Below, piece after piece: positions 27,100 through 42,633 of a DNA stretch of 64,000 bases. Both the position numbers and the translations under genes were made by a program. Source of the DNA: Octopus sinensis (lineage: Eukaryota); the NCBI RefSeq assembly GCF_006345805.1, contig NC_043018.1, positions 1,054,001 through 1,118,000 of the forward strand, read 5' to 3'. The first letter of the stretch is position 1. Each line of letters starts with the position of its first letter. The notes below the pieces were generated by a model. It was not told the DNA's origin and did not search any database. It was given only the letters and a program-made list of their open reading frames with translations.

Positions 27100-27503
27100 C
27101 TATCTATCAATCCGCTCTGTCGAAGTCGACTCTCGGTTATTCGTTGGATCAGTGTCCTCCAGTCAGTTCTCTCCTGGGCCGCTTCTTTCAGATTGGCTAT
27201 GTCTATTCCGATATCACTCTTGACGGTGTCAAGCCAGCGGGTTCTTGGTCGACCTCTTCCTCTCTTGCCACTGACCATTCCGAGCATGATGTCCTTCTCC
27301 AGGGATTTTCTCCGCATAATATGACCGAAATATGCCAATCTATGCTTGGTGATCCTAGCGTCTAGCGACATTTTCGGCCTGATCTGCTTAAGAACTTCTC
27401 CATTGGTGAGCCTCGCTGACCATGGAATCCGTAAAATTCTTCTCCAACACCAAAGCTCGAATACATTAATTCTCTTCTGGTCAGCTTTCTTTAGTGCCCA
27501 GGT
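27100..27503 (-). mobile_element. 5'-truncated RTE (BovB-like) LINE with 9-bp TSD
   Basis: TWALKKADQKRINVFELWCWRRILRIPWSARLTNGEVLKQIRPKMSLDARITKHRLAYFGHIMRRKSLEKDIMLGMVSGKRGRGRPRTRWLDTVK is the typical RTE ORF C-terminus. CTAGAATCT is repeated at 27091-27099 and 27504-27512. Confidence 0.92.
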
Positions 27504-27884
27504 CTAGAATCTAGATATTCTCATTTCAACGATGTCGATTTTTTCTCCTTCTATAGCATGCGAGCGTCATACTGATGAACAGAATTTAATGATGATGAAG
27601 GACATCTTTTAACAAACAATATGTAGCTATTTTCTCTACTGTGTACGTGTGATACGAAAATCATAGATAATGATCGAATTCTTCTTGCGGAATCAACTGG
27701 CAGGAGACAAAGGAGATGGAGATGATTGGAAAATATAAAAATTCTCAGTTGGTCAGGCTTGAGAATGAAACTAAATTGTGATGAAAGGAGATTCTGCTAC
27801 CGGAAATTGTGAGCCGTAAGAAGATGGATTGGTGAATGCATAGCAACATTGGTTTCAAATTTTGGTACAAGGCCAGCAATATCC

Positions 27885-28260
27885 GGGTGTGGAGTGATTT
27901 GATTACATCGACCCTGATACTCAACCGGTACTTATTTTATCTACCTTGAAAAGATTAAAGGCAAAGTCGAACTTGGTGGAATTTGAACTCCGAACGTAAT
28001 GACGGATGAAATGCCTCTCAGTATTTTATCCGGTGTGCTAACGATTCAGCCAACTCGCCGCCTCAATGGATAGCAATATCACACCGGGCAAAGAACTTAG
28101 CAGTATTTCGTCCAAATTTAAGTAATAATTCCGCCGATGACGATTTTGCTTTTCATCCTTTCGGGGTTGATAAATTAAGTATCAGTTATACACTGGTGTC
28201 GATGTAATCGATTACTTTACTCTCTAAAGATTTCAGGCCTTGTGCCTTATGTAGAAAAGA
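27885..28260. mobile_element. Two diverged SINE family A copies in opposite orientation
   Basis: Minus copy ~27885-28060 and plus copy ~28080-28260 carry the ttcatcctttcgggg domain. Confidence 0.7.
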
Positions 28261-30375
28261 ATATTACTAACTAGATTTAAATAGTTGAATTATATGTATA
28301 AAACAGATTTAATAATCTAGGGATATAGATGTTGTAACGTGTGGAACAACATCTTATGATCTCGTGGGACTGTTTTTATTGACCCATCGACAGAATTGCA
28401 ATAATGAGAAGTTTAGTATTTTTTTCTGAGCTAATGGTGTGGATTTTATTTAATATTCTGAAGAGACAGAATATAATCATCGTTTGGTATACAATCAAAT
28501 TATCTGGAGATTGTGATTTGAATAAGCTAGAGGTGAATATGTTAATATTCAGGATCGACATATATTAACGATCTGTCTTGTGGTATAGTCTCTGCTATTC
28601 CTTCCTGTCTTATGAAATATATGCAACACACATCAGAAAATAAGAATTCATTGATTATCTGCAAAGATTTACCGAGGCTTGTTCGGTATTTAATATGTTT
28701 TACATTAACATTACGAAACGAATAAACGATGAGTTAATGTTTGTTGATCACGTATAATTCCATTCAACTTTGATGATGTTAGGCCCACATAAGTTATCTC
28801 AGTCAACCTAGCTATGTATTAATACTAATCAATATAATATAATCGATCTTCAGTCGGTGTAGATTTTAGTAGTTAGCATATTTGCATGATTAGATATAAA
28901 CTAATACGAAATTATTTCTTCCACGTAAAGCACAATTTTTATTTTGTTCGTAAGAAAACTAAGGGTTTATGGCAGTGAGTAAATAAGTGTATTTAACAAC
29001 AGAAAGTTTTTTTTTTTCCTCTTTTTGTGTTTTCTTCTTCGGTTTAGTCACATCCATACTCCCCCTACACACAAAAAAATTTCCCCTAAAAAGTGTTTTT
29101 GATATATCAACACAATATTGTGCAGAAATAATATTATAGTGTACATTTGGTAATTAGTGTACAAATAAAATGAGAAGTGGTCTGGTAGTGAGAGCCTATA
29201 TCGTTCTACCTGACCTGAAGCCGGCTCTCGGCTGAAATGAATGACGTACTATTCCTGCTATAGTTTATACACGCTTCCTCACAAAGCCAGTCACTTTATG
29301 TACCGCTAGATATGTGATATCAAATATCGATGCAATTACTATAAAAGGAAAATTAAAAGCAGCGTGATTCAGTGAGATCATATATGGTTTTATGTGTTCC
29401 GAATAAGCCTGACTTATGACTTCACTGAACTTATAATCCTTCTGTAGTTTTTAATTATTGCAGATGAGCTAAGATACAAATTAATTAGTATATTTTATTG
29501 ATTCTACGCACGATGGCGTACCAAATGAGTTCCAGTATAAGATAGTTAATTGTCAATATCATATCGCTGACCATGTAATTGTGAACTGGTTGCAAATACT
29601 ACACTATAGTAGGATTTATTCAATCGTCTTTTGCATTCCCTCAATACGAAGTATTATGTAAAAAAAAAAAACAGAAACGGCATTCCAAACAACGCCTTTC
29701 AGTCTTTCATTATGGTAATTCCCACGTTGGACGTCATTCAATGAATCCATCATTTTCCAATGTGGTAAAATAGAAATTTATTCGAAATCGCATGCTATTT
29801 ATCGTATTTGAGGAGAGCCCACAATTGAAGCAATCTGTGTTCATTGGTGGTGCTTATGAAATCAAATACTGACTTAATTATTCAAAGGCACGGAACTGCA
29901 CACTACAAGTATTTTATTTGACACTGAAAAGATCACAGAACCTTGTTGTAAGAGTGTGTTATTGTTTATCATAAATCTTCTTCACTAACAGCGAATACTT
30001 TATCGACCCATGAACGGGTCCCGCATGTAGAAATATGTATAGAATGCGTTGCACAACTGGAATAATCAACAATTCTTGTCCAGGAAATCATAAATAAACG
30101 GTTACTTAGAACACAATCGTATGCCATTTCTTCTTCAATCTACCATGCATATACTGAAAAGAAATACATTTAAAAACTAAATTATTGCTTCATAGAAGTA
30201 TCTCCTTTTCTCGGAGATAAATCTATGCAATAGGCAAATTTTTACTCATAGAGAAATATAACTGAATTCGAACACACTAATTCTGCAAAGAACATCATTA
30301 CATAAATTTTAATCCTTCGTGAATAATTACTGCTATTTCGGAAACCCAATAGCCACACATATAAACACGCGTTTA

Positions 30376-30598
30376 AGGCGGCGAGCTGGCAGAATCGTTA
30401 GCACGCAGGGCGAAATGCGTAGCCGTATTTCGTCTGCTGTCACGTGCTCTGGGTTCAAATTCCGCCGAGGTAGACTTTGCCTTTCATCCTTTCGGGGTCG
30501 ATAAATTAAGTACCAGTTACGCACTGGGGTCGATATAATCGACTTAATCCATTTGTTTGTCCCCTCTATGTTTAGCCCCTTGTGGGTAGTAAAGAAAT
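30376..30598 (+). mobile_element. SINE family A, full length
   Basis: ggcggcgagctggcagaatcgttagc through gggtagtaaagaaata. Confidence 0.9.
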
Positions 30599-30882
30599 AC
30601 ATATAAACACGAGTATATGTGTGTGTATGTGTGTAGTGATAACTAGCATTCAGGAAGAAAATTTTAAAATAATGCATGGAATAATAATATACGTTACTGC
30701 TCACATGAAAGTTAACTCATTTAATCTTGCAAGTAAGCTGTGAATTGAATAAAATTCTGAAATATTTGGTAGGTTTAGCGAAATTTAATGTCACATCGAT
30801 TTTCTTCCTGGAGCATGTTATTTTCGTATCTAGAGAGAAATCTAAATTATGGATGCACAGTGAATATATTTATAACATAGAC

Positions 30883-31051
30883 GCAGGCCTGGTAGTGTAG
30901 TAAGACGTCTGTCTCTCAGTTACGTGCTCCCGATGGTTCTGCGTTCAGTCCCACTGTGTGGCACCTTGGTCGAGTGAATTCTACAATACCCTCGGACAGA
31001 ACAAAGACATGTCAGCGAATTTGGTAGACCGTAACTGAAAGATGTCCGACG

Positions 31052-31096
<45 letters not shown>

Positions 31097-31310
31097 ACGT
31101 GTATGTGTTGTGTGTGTGTGTGTGTGTGTCATCACCGACGAATGTTGGTATGTTTAGGTCACTATAATTTAGAGTTTCAGCACAAGAGACTCAGAATAAT
31201 TACCAGGTATTGAAGGAAAATCAATACCAAGTTCGATTCACTCGACTAAGATGCTTCAAGGCGGTGCTCCAGCATGACCGCAGTCTAATGAGTGAATCAA
31301 CTAAAAGTAG
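30883..31310 (+). mobile_element. SINE family C, diverged
   Basis: Head ttcagtcccactgtgtggcaccttgg, internal (TA)/(TG), tail ggcggtgctccagcatgaccgcagtc. Confidence 0.75.
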
Positions 31311-32416
31311 AAAGGATAATAGAGTGATAGGTCAATGCAAATTAATAGACTAAATTATAAGTAAATTGGAAACACACCAGAAGTAATGTTAAAGTGAGGT
31401 TTAGAGGAAAAAAAGTTATAGATGAAAGGCTGGGAAGGTTATTAATAATACGTTAGAAAGATGAAAATTGTTTGAAGGTTAAAAAAATAGATGAGGAGAA
31501 AATATAAAACTATATTGCGTTGATGTTCAAATTCTGTAAAACTAAAGGGAATTCCTGAAAACTATATTCCGAAAAATTAAATAAAATATTTACAAGAAGA
31601 ATATTTATTGGAAATAACTTTCTACATAAAACGGATCTTATAAAGTAACCGGTGTCAAAAAAAAAACTGTAAAAAGAATGTAAGAGAAACTCTAAACACT
31701 CCAGCACACAAAGGATAACAAATTAATAAAATGGATGCATGATGTATATATATACAATATACTTCTTTCATGTGTGTGCGTGTGGGTATTGAAAATAAAA
31801 AATGGAAACAAAAATTAAATTTGGATGATACAACTTAAGAGAATACGGAATTTGTAAAGAAAACATTGATGATGATGAATAATGAGCTTTTAATACAGAA
31901 GACAAATATGGGGGAAATAATGTGTTAAACAAAAAAAAAACATGTCTGAAGTGGTAAACGAAGAATGTATTAAAATTTATGTAGAAATATTGGTCCAAAA
32001 GACTGGTTTCAGACGTTTGCTTTACAGCCAGGCAAGAGCACAGGCTTGAAGTTTTAGTCAAATAAATATACCCATTTCTTCTTTTGTAAGCCTGATACAT
32101 TTTCTATCGGTTTGTTTTGCCGAACCGCTAAGCTACGTGGAGACAGAGACACTGGCTGTTAAATGATGGGTGTGGGGACAGACCCAGGCAAAATGACACA
32201 CACATATATCCCGTCACATATATCCACTCACAAGGCTTTAGTTGGCCGGGGTTGTAGAGAAACACACTTTCCGAATGTGAAATCCAATAATCTAGCGAAA
32301 GATAAAAGTAGCAACTAGATGTCCCCTAGGACCGGTAGTAACAGTTTGCCTAAAGTGTCCCCCCTCAGCTTCCCCTACGTCCTTGAGATCGTTATGGAAT
32401 CTAGAGGATGTGGATT

Positions 32417-32800
32417 TGGAAGCACTCTGTCGGTTACGACGACGAGGGTTCCGGTTGATCCGAATCAACGGAACAGCCTGCTCGTGAAATTAACGTGTAA
32501 GTGGCTGAGCACTCCACAGATACGTGTATCCTTAACGTAGTTCTCTGGGATATTCAGCATGACACAGAGAGTGACAAGGCCGGCCCTTTGAAATACAGGT
32601 ACAACAGAAACAGGAAGTAAGAGTGAGAGAAAGTTGTGGTGAAAGAGTACAGCAGGGATCACCATCATCCCCTGTCGGAGCCTCGTGGAGCTTTCGGTGT
32701 TTTTCGCTCAATAAACACTCACAACGCCCGGTCTGGGAATCGAAACCGCGATCCTATGATCGCGAGTCCGCTGCCCTAACCACTGGGCCATTGCGCCTCC
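32417..32800 (-). mobile_element. SINE family B, full length
   Basis: Matches 46686-47074; imperfect TSD tctag(a/g)ggatgt at 32400-32411 and 32803-32814. Confidence 0.92.
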
Positions 32801-33376
32801 CCTCTAGGGGATGTATTCTTCACTGTGCCGTAGAGAAGATATTCGAAGACATAAACTAACACATAGTGTCCAGAAATAGTATCCTGTTGGGGGAAAATTA
32901 ATATAAATACTACAGTGTGTTTAGCGACATTTGCATTCTCCTGAAGAGGAAATTCTTAACACAACTGAGCAAAAGGGGTTCGAAGCATGTCCATGCACCT
33001 CAAAAGTCCAGAATTTTCGCACTTCATATTGAGAAACTATTACTCCAATGCTCGTAACTTACACGAAAAATCACCTACGAACAGTTCCTTCAGTTAAGTG
33101 CAAACTAATGTATTCCTTTTTGTGTGTGTCAGCGTGAAATATTATTTCTTGCAACTCATCATAAACTAACGGTAAAAGAACCGGATTGGAGAAAGTAAAT
33201 TCCATCATGGAAAGAGATACCATTCGGAACGCCCAAAGCCTTTGGAAAAACTCATTTTCCGTCTCTGTTGTTCATTTTCTTGAGTAATGAATAATCATAT
33301 TATGTAACAGAAAATAAAGGAAAATACACGTGAAGGCATATTTATATGCATAAATATATATACACAAATATATATG

Positions 33377-33422
<46 letters not shown>

Positions 33423-33574
33423 ATCCAAACAAGAAAGCACAAAATACACAACAACGCGAGGACGTGGAACAAATATAGTATTATTGGACGCTCATATATA
33501 ATCATATACATACATACATGCATGTATATATGTATATATATATATATATATACATACACTCATTCATGAGTATA

Positions 33575-33640
<66 letters not shown>

Positions 33641-33677
33641 CTCATGAATGTGTGTATGTCAATCAGATCGACCAAAG

Positions 33678-33820
33678 TTCATAACTGGTACTTAATTTAT
33701 CGAAGTCGAAAGGGTGAAAGGCAAAGTCGACCTCGGTAGAATTTGAACTCAGAACGTAAAGACAGACGAAATACCTCTAAGCATTTCGCCCGGCGTGCTA
33801 ACGTTTCCGCCAGCTCGCCA
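33678..33820 (-). mobile_element. SINE family A, 5' part
   Basis: aaaggcaaagtcgacctcgg...gcccggcgtgctaacgtttccgccagctcgcc. Confidence 0.85.
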
Positions 33821-33859
33821 CCTGGGATGAAGTAAATGTAAATACAGCAGCTGTTGCTA

Positions 33860-33887
33860 GGGGATCGATGGTTCAAACTACTGTTTC

Positions 33888-33973
<86 letters not shown>

Positions 33974-34111
33974 TATATATACATACGAACATATATATAT
34001 ACATACAGACACACATATATATATATATACATATATATATATAGAGAGAGACAGACAGACACATATATATTAATATATATATACATATAAACACACATAC
34101 AGACATATATG

Positions 34112-34142
<31 letters not shown>

Positions 34143-34265
34143 TATATACATATATAATATATATAAACATATACATACATGCATGTATATATATATATAT
34201 ATATATATTTATACATATATATTTATATATATGTATATATATTTATTTATATATGTATATATGTA
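33860..34265. repeat. (TA)n microsatellite field
   Basis: Direct reading. Confidence 0.97.
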
Positions 34266-34734
34266 CGTGCACATGTGCATTTGTATGTGTTCATAAGAGT
34301 GTCTGTGTGTTCATTGCATCAGCTAATTCATTACTTGAATAGAATATATCGTAGATTGCTGCTCTGTAATGAGCATTGGCGTATCTGCAGTTTTTGAGTT
34401 AGCATTTATAAGTGCTTCAGGTAAACGTACGGCTTTATAGACTTTGATAAATGTAATCAAGAGTAATTATAATTACTATCATTTTCCCATGCAATATTTT
34501 TTTTTACACATATTGAATATCAACTTCAAGATATTTATTAAATAAAATATTGCAACATAGTCTTAATTTCAGTTAAACTGCTAGTTTTCTCTCCTACGTA
34601 TTTTTCTTGATATATAATCTGTCTCAAAATATTCCAAATTGGGAGGAGCATCGAAACACGATTTTCGTTGCTATGTATTTCAAGTTGTGTTGTAGTGCTT
34701 TATTTCTATTCGTGCTTTATTACTAGTGATGCAC

Positions 34735-35310
34735 AGATAGACAGATAGACACAGAGAAAGACAGAGAGAGAGAGAGAAGAGACAGAAAGAGAGAGGGACA
34801 AAGAGAGGGGGACAGAGAGAGAGACAGAGAGAGAGAGGGACAGAAAGAATCAGAGAGAGAGGGACAGAGATAGAGAAGAGAAGAAAGAGGGGGACTAAGA
34901 GAGACAGAGAGAGAGAGAAGAGACAGAAAGAGGGGGGCAACGAGAGAGGGACATAGAGATAGACAGAGAGAGAGAGGGACAGAGAAAGAGAGAGACAGTG
35001 AGAGAGGGACAGAGAGAGACAGAGAGAGAGGGACAGAGAGAGACAGAGATAGAAACAGAGAGAGAGAGAGAGAGGCAGAGAGAGAGAGACAGAGAGAGAG
35101 ACAGAGAGAGACAGGGAGAGACAGAAGGAGAGACAGAGAGAGAGACAGAGAGACAGGCAGAGAGACAGGCAGAGAGAGACTGACAAAGAGAGAGAGAGAC
35201 AGAGAAAGTAGGACAGAGAGAGTGACAGAGAAAGAGAGACAGAGAGAGAGGCAGAGAGAGAGGCAGACGGACAGATAGACACATAGATAAATAGTCAGAG
35301 AGATAGAAAA
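34735..35310. repeat. Purine-rich (AG)n/(GACAGA)n low-complexity tract
   Basis: Direct reading; source of the SL-repeat and RE-repeat ORFs. Confidence 0.97.
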
Positions 35311-35494
35311 GTGAGTTAAAAACCTTTGTCACAATGAAGCACTGTTCGATACACTGGCAGGGGAGATAACCACCCCAGAGAGAGTGCAAGATCACTATAC
35401 TAGTTCAGTCTCGTTTAAAAGTAAAGTTCATCAGTAGTGAATATTCCATGGTTGGATGTTTTGGCTAAATCCCGACTGTTATAAAACATTCGTA

Positions 35495-36220
<726 letters not shown>

Positions 36221-36934
36221 TTACCAGTATAACTTTATAATGCGTGTGCGTGTTCCAGTGGATGTAAATGTGAGTCTGTGAGTACTGTGAAGACAATGAA
36301 ATGAAATATAAATTCAGATATATACGCTATCTTATACACGCCGGATGCCATAAAAGTACAAACACATTTATCAAACACACCTACCTATATATTCTCAGTT
36401 GGATTAGAAACACCTTGGCTGAGAGAAATATTATTAACACATGATGGAATGCGGAGGCATTTCTTCTCGCATATAAAAGACTAAATTACACAACACTATA
36501 TGTACAAAAACCTGCAGAAAGAATTACAAGCGTGTCTGATAAACGTGATGGCAGAAATTATTGCAACGCCAGAAATACGAGGAATAACCGACAGTCGCCC
36601 CCTTATCGATGTGTGATACGTGTACGAGCCCACTGTGTGATATCCTTGCGTCTTTATATTTCTTTTAACGTAGACACAAAGACTTGCACACTCCAACATA
36701 CACACAGACACACACACACATATGCTATAGCACAGACGCACACATATACACACAGGTAAGAGTGCTCAACCGGGTGCCCAAACGAATATAGAAAAGCTTA
36801 CGCACCCACACATAATAGACACACGGAGACACAATCTCACACAAACACATTTGGCTTTAATATGTGTGTGGGGTGTTTCGGTGTGTTTGAGTGTATAGAC
36901 GTATTTATACACAGAAGTGTAATACGCATTTCAT

Positions 36935-37116
36935 ATCATATATATATATATATATATAGTATATATATATATATACATATATATAATATATACTATTATA
37001 TAATATAATACATATATATATATACATTATATATACATATATATATATACATATGTATATATATATAGATTATATATATATATGTATATATATATGTGTA
37101 TATATATCTATATATG

Positions 37117-37149
<33 letters not shown>

Positions 37150-37698
37150 GTGTGTGTGTGTATATATATGTATATATATTATATATAATGTATATATATA
37201 TGTGTGTGTGGTGTTTATGCGTGTAGATGTGTTTATGCACACACTCATACGCGCCTTTGCATGCACACATACATAGAGAATGTGTGTGAGAGAGAAAGAG
37301 ACAGAGAGAGAGAGAGAGGGGGGAGGAAAAAAGAGAAAAAGATAGAAAGCGAGAACGAGGTACAAAGAGAGAGAGTTATATGAAAAAGCTTTCATACCTA
37401 CACAATCGTATCGCCGGTTTGTTTTAGACTGCTTCAATATAGCGAAGATGGCAAGATGGGTGGTGAGCGGGTGGGTGGGTGGATGGAGAAAATCTTAGCG
37501 AAGTCTGTGGAACATCATAAGAGATTCGTCCAAATGATAAATGACCGAAAAAGAGGAAGTTTCGCCAAAATTTTGCTAAATCTCATTTGGAAATTGCATG
37601 ATGCGTCCTTTCGGACATGGTCAGAGGTGTATAGTGGAGTTAAGTAGATGAAAGCTTTCTGTGTTTGCTCAATATCAATATCTGATATACACGTACAC

Positions 37699-37736
<38 letters not shown>

Positions 37737-37814
37737 TATATATATTATATATATATATAATATATATACACACATAATATATATATATATAGTATATATA
37801 TATATATATATATA

Positions 37815-37861
<47 letters not shown>

Positions 37862-37955
37862 GTATGTATGTTGTACGCATGTGGGCATGCATATATATAT
37901 ATATATGTATGTGTAGGTATGTGGAATACACACACACACACAAACACACAAACAC

Positions 37956-37992
<37 letters not shown>

Positions 37993-37997
37993 ATTTC

Positions 37998-38034
<37 letters not shown>

Positions 38035-38388
38035 GTATATGTATGTATGTGTACGCATGTGGGCATGCATATATATATATATATGTATGTGTAGGTATGT
38101 GGGAATACACACACACACACAAACACACAACACAATATATAATAAGCTTATATAAATGCAAATAAAGATCAGTATATATACATTTACGCATGTGTGTATG
38201 TATGAGTATGTTTCTGAGTGTATATATATATATATATATATATATATTAATTTATTTTATAGATATATATATATAAACTCTAAACACACGGACGCCCGAC
38301 CTCACGCACACACTTATATATATATACGTACAAACGTACTCATGTGGGTATGTGTGTATGTGTGTATGTATGTATGTATGTATGTGTA

Positions 38389-38469
<81 letters not shown>

Positions 38470-38490
38470 TATATATATATAGATATATAC
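36935..38490. repeat. (TA)n-dominated microsatellite fields with a ~175-bp internal duplication
   Basis: gtacgcatgtgggcatgc...gtgtaggtatgtgg occurs at ~37872 and ~38050. Confidence 0.92.
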
Positions 38491-39284
38491 TTATATAGTT
38501 TATTCACAGACAAGTATAAATGTAACTCTCCTAACTCAACTATGTATAAGTGCAGAAAAGAAATATAAGAAAACGTAAGTTAATATGTATGGCAAAGAAA
38601 CTCCCCGCTGGGTTGCGGCCGTATTTCTTCAGTGGTCGGTGCAAAAATATTTTGGAATAGTTTACCTTGACTGAAGGTTCAAATATCGCCATATTCACAA
38701 ACAACCCGGGACGATGTGGTTGGTAAGCAAGCTGCTTACCGCAACAGCAAAAATTAAGAGACAACGCTTCATTATTTTAGAAAACCAATAAAAATCAGGT
38801 GAAAAAGATAACAGCAAATTTAAGATGAAACAAAAATACACAGTTCAGTGAGAAACGTATTAAATTTGCTATGAAGTTGATCGTTACAGAACATATCTGT
38901 TGGAAAAAAAAAAAGATTGAAAAAGACAAATTAAGGCAAGATGCCATAAAATGCATCGTATATTGTAATGTCGAATTCGTGAATATCTCAATCTACCAAC
39001 GTGTATGCTCGTACATTTCCACAGGAGTTATACATCAAATTCATCGCCTTATTCAATGCTTGTTTATTGCAAATGTATATATTTGTTGAAACAATTTCAT
39101 TTCAATTTAAATTCAATTTATTATCGCTTGATAATCATAAGATATTTGGGATATATAAAAATTATCTTTATTACAAACTTTCTTTCATAAATAGCCTTTT
39201 AAAAAATTGCATTGCGATATGTTATATAATTTTGAAAGAATCATCCATTTATTCTTTAAGTGGGAACAAATTATATTAGAAATC

Positions 39285-39550
39285 GTATATATCATGGCAA
39301 CCTGGACTTAGTCCAATACTCATTGGTATGTCTCTCCATAACTGATTCCATTTCAGTCTCTATACTTTCTCTGTTGTCTCATAAAATCATGATGTTCATT
39401 AGTTCTTCAATGTTATTTAACATGGCCAGAGATACAGCAGACCTGGTCTGAAACCTGCAACACAATGGATTGCATTAAATGCACCCAAACGCCTTCTTAT
39501 TTTGTTAAGCAGAGTAACGGATAACCTTCACCCAAGACGTGGCTCAAAAT
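39285..39550 (-). pseudogene. Possible hAT transposase relic
   Basis: Minus strand LGAFNAIHCVA, then after a frameshift RFQ...; resembles the hAT HCxAHxxxL motif. Stops and frameshifts present, no TIRs seen. Confidence 0.3.
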
Positions 39551-40637
39551 GGACATTCACGCAGTATGCATCCAGCTAGTTTCTCTCACAAGGCTTTCGT
39601 CCACTCGTGGCTGTGATTGTAAACACATTTCCTCGCCCAAGCTACTGCGTGGTGGAATCGAAGCCGTGACTCTATTAAATGCAATAGTTTTTCTCTTGTA
39701 TAATCTATACTATCATATTTTTATGGCGCGTTGCCTCATCCAATAATACCAAATAATACACGATAGAAGTTAAGGTTATGTATACACTTCGTGATTTTAA
39801 AGACTGCAAGTTTGGCTATTTGATGAAATATCTTTTATTTTATGCAAAATACAGACATTAGAGACATTAGTGCAGTTTACAGCTAACTTGCATCAGGTTT
39901 TCATGTCCGTTTTAATGTTTGTTTTACATGCATCGGTGCATCAAGGTCAATGTATAAACTAGCCATCTAATTTCCTTTTCAACTTATATACATATTAATA
40001 GTAAAATGGAGATGTGTATTAAATATAGTGTTTAATGCTCAGTATGTGCCTTCTGTTGCCGTAAACATTATACGCAACCAACGTCAAAGTATGTCCAATA
40101 TGAAATGCATTAGTCTTGTTTGGCTTGGAACTTTTACACCCGTTTAACACATAAAATTTGATAAACTTTACATTGGGAGTGGTATCCCATCGCTACGTGG
40201 GTGTGGGTTGACAGGAAATTTTGTTCTAACAACCACTGAAATGCGTTTGGCTATGATGTGAATTATTAATAGTTCTGACGAAAGATGATGTAGGCAGTTT
40301 TAGTGTAGTTTTCGACAAATATATGTTAAATAATGAAATTTATGGCAACATTTAGCTATTTATAATAAATATTTATAGAAAGCTCTTTTTTTATGTGTGT
40401 CCATTTGTTTACGATGATGGCACGATGTCGTGAAATTTCCTGTGCATATTCCAATGCCATAATGTTAATTATACACCGAAGTCTGTTCTATCTACTCGTT
40501 GCCGATGTCATACCAAAATATATCCATGATTGCTCTCTGTTTATGTAGAATATCAGGGCATATTTTTCAGCAAACTAGAAATGCTGGTGCAAAATAAGCT
40601 TTATTAAACACGATATGCCAGAACTAGCAGCCATGGA

Positions 40638-41021
40638 TGGAAGCACTCCGTCGGTTACGACGACGAGGGTCCCGGTTGATCCGATCAACGGAACAGCCTG
40701 CTCGTGAAATTAACGTGTAAGTGGCTGAGCATTCCACAGACACGTGTACCCTTAACGTAGTTCTCGGGGATATTCAGCGTGACACAGAGAGTGACAAGGC
40801 CGGCCCTTTGAAATACAGGTACAACAGAAACAGGAAGTAAGAATGAGAGAAAGTTGTGGTGAAAGGGTACAGCAGGGATCACCACCATCCCCTGCCGGAG
40901 CCTCGTGGAACTTTAGGTGTTTTCGCTCAATAAACACTCACAACGCCCGGTCTGGGAATCGAAACCGCGATCCTACGACCGCGTGTCCGCTGCCCTAACC
41001 ACTGGGTCATTGCGCCTCCAC
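40638..41021 (-). mobile_element. SINE family B, full length
   Basis: Matches 46686-47074; imperfect TSD cta(g/a)cagccat at 40624-40634 and 41023-41033. Confidence 0.92.
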
Positions 41022-41445
41022 ACTAACAGCCATATCGTCCTCAATGCAGACTCTGCCGTCCTCCAAATGAGCATGTGTACTTGGATTCATTGCAAAGAGA
41101 AACAAAAACAAAAAACAAGGAATAAAAAAAGAAAATTGGATTGTCAGAAATGGCATGTCTTTGACCAAACGTCTGCTAGGTGTGTGGTGACCTTGGGTAA
41201 AGTAACAACGGCAACGACAAAAGTATCATTTTGTGAGAACAGTTATCTAAATGCTGACAGGTAACCTCCCACCTCAGCTCAAAATGTGATGGGAATTATG
41301 AAGTATGAAGTTCAAAAGCTTAGATAAAGCTTGCTACTAATATGCATTGGATGAATTATTTTTCCTATCACGTATCTGTATATGAAGTCAGTGATACGAA
41401 GAGGAGAAAGGAATCAAAATGAATAAACATCTATATCATATACAT

Positions 41446-41751
41446 GTAGAGGCGCAATGGCCAAGTGGTTAGGACAGCGGACTCGCGGTCATAGGATCGC
41501 AGTTTCGATTCCCAGACCGGGCGTTGTGTGTGTTTATTGAGCGAAAACACCTAAAAGCTCCACGAAGCTCCGGCAGGGGGTGGTGATCCCTGCTGAACTC
41601 TTTCACCACTCTTTTTCCCACTCTTTCTTCTGTTGGCCTGCTCGCTTAGCCAGCGGGGTTGCGTCATTCGAAGGCTAAAAACAATGCGAACGCATTGTGA
41701 CCAGCGATGTGTAGCAACATCTGATGGTCTGGTCGGTCACGTGATCACGTG
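41446..41751 (+). mobile_element. SINE with family B head and body but a different 3' tail
   Basis: Like family B up to ctctttcaccac, then ggcctgctcgcttagccagcgggg...cacgtgatcacgtg; perfect TSD atcatatacat at 41435-41445 and 41752-41762. Confidence 0.88.
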
Positions 41752-41873
41752 ATCATATACATAAGCTTTTCACACACACGAACAAACATATATTTGCTAT
41801 TAGCCACTGAATCAATAGAACGAATATTAATTTGCACGTGGACGCATTGGTGGCCACGCTGTAGCGTCTGGTG

Positions 41874-42079
41874 AATGTCCCGAAATATGATTTCGTGCGG
41901 CCAACGAATGATTAGAAGAATCGAAATGATATGTGTTGACTAAATTTAGTCAGCACCGGTGAATGGTACTGCTAATGTCCCGAAATATGATTTCGTGTGT
42001 CCAACGAATGATAAGAAGAATCGAAATGATATGTGTTGACAAAATTTAGTCAGCACCGGTGAATAGTACTGCTAATGTC
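41874..42079. repeat. 100-bp tandem duplication
   Basis: Units begin aatgtc at 41874, 41974 and 42074, with few mismatches. Confidence 0.9.
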
Positions 42080-42431
42080 ACGTAATCTAAAAGTATTGCG
42101 GATCATCAGCAGGATGAAGCCGCCAAGTACCGATAGAAAATCAGTCACACCTCTGTAGAATAATACTGGCCAAACAGCCTGTCATGTCTCGAAAAGCTGG
42201 CGAGCTGTGAATAAATATGTTATTACCGACAGAAACAGCTATCGTAACGAACATTAATTGGCACATCCGATCTAACTTGGATGTGTTTGTTTATAAAGGT
42301 CTGGCTCGTATTGTCATGAGATTTCTCTTTCACTTAGAATGACGAAAACTACTGACGGAATCAACACCTGATCGGATTAGCACCACGACAAATACGGCAA
42401 CAACTACTACTATTAATAATAATAACAATAA

Positions 42432-42595
42432 GCGTAGGAGTGGCTGTGGCGAAGTAATTTGCTTACGAACCACATGGTTTCGGATTCAGTCCCACTGCGT
42501 GGAACCTTGGGCAAGTGTCTTCTGCTATAGCCTCGGGCCTACCAAAGCCTTGTGAGTGGATTTGGTAGACGGAAACTGAAAGAAGTCAATAGTAC

Positions 42596-42633
<38 letters not shown>

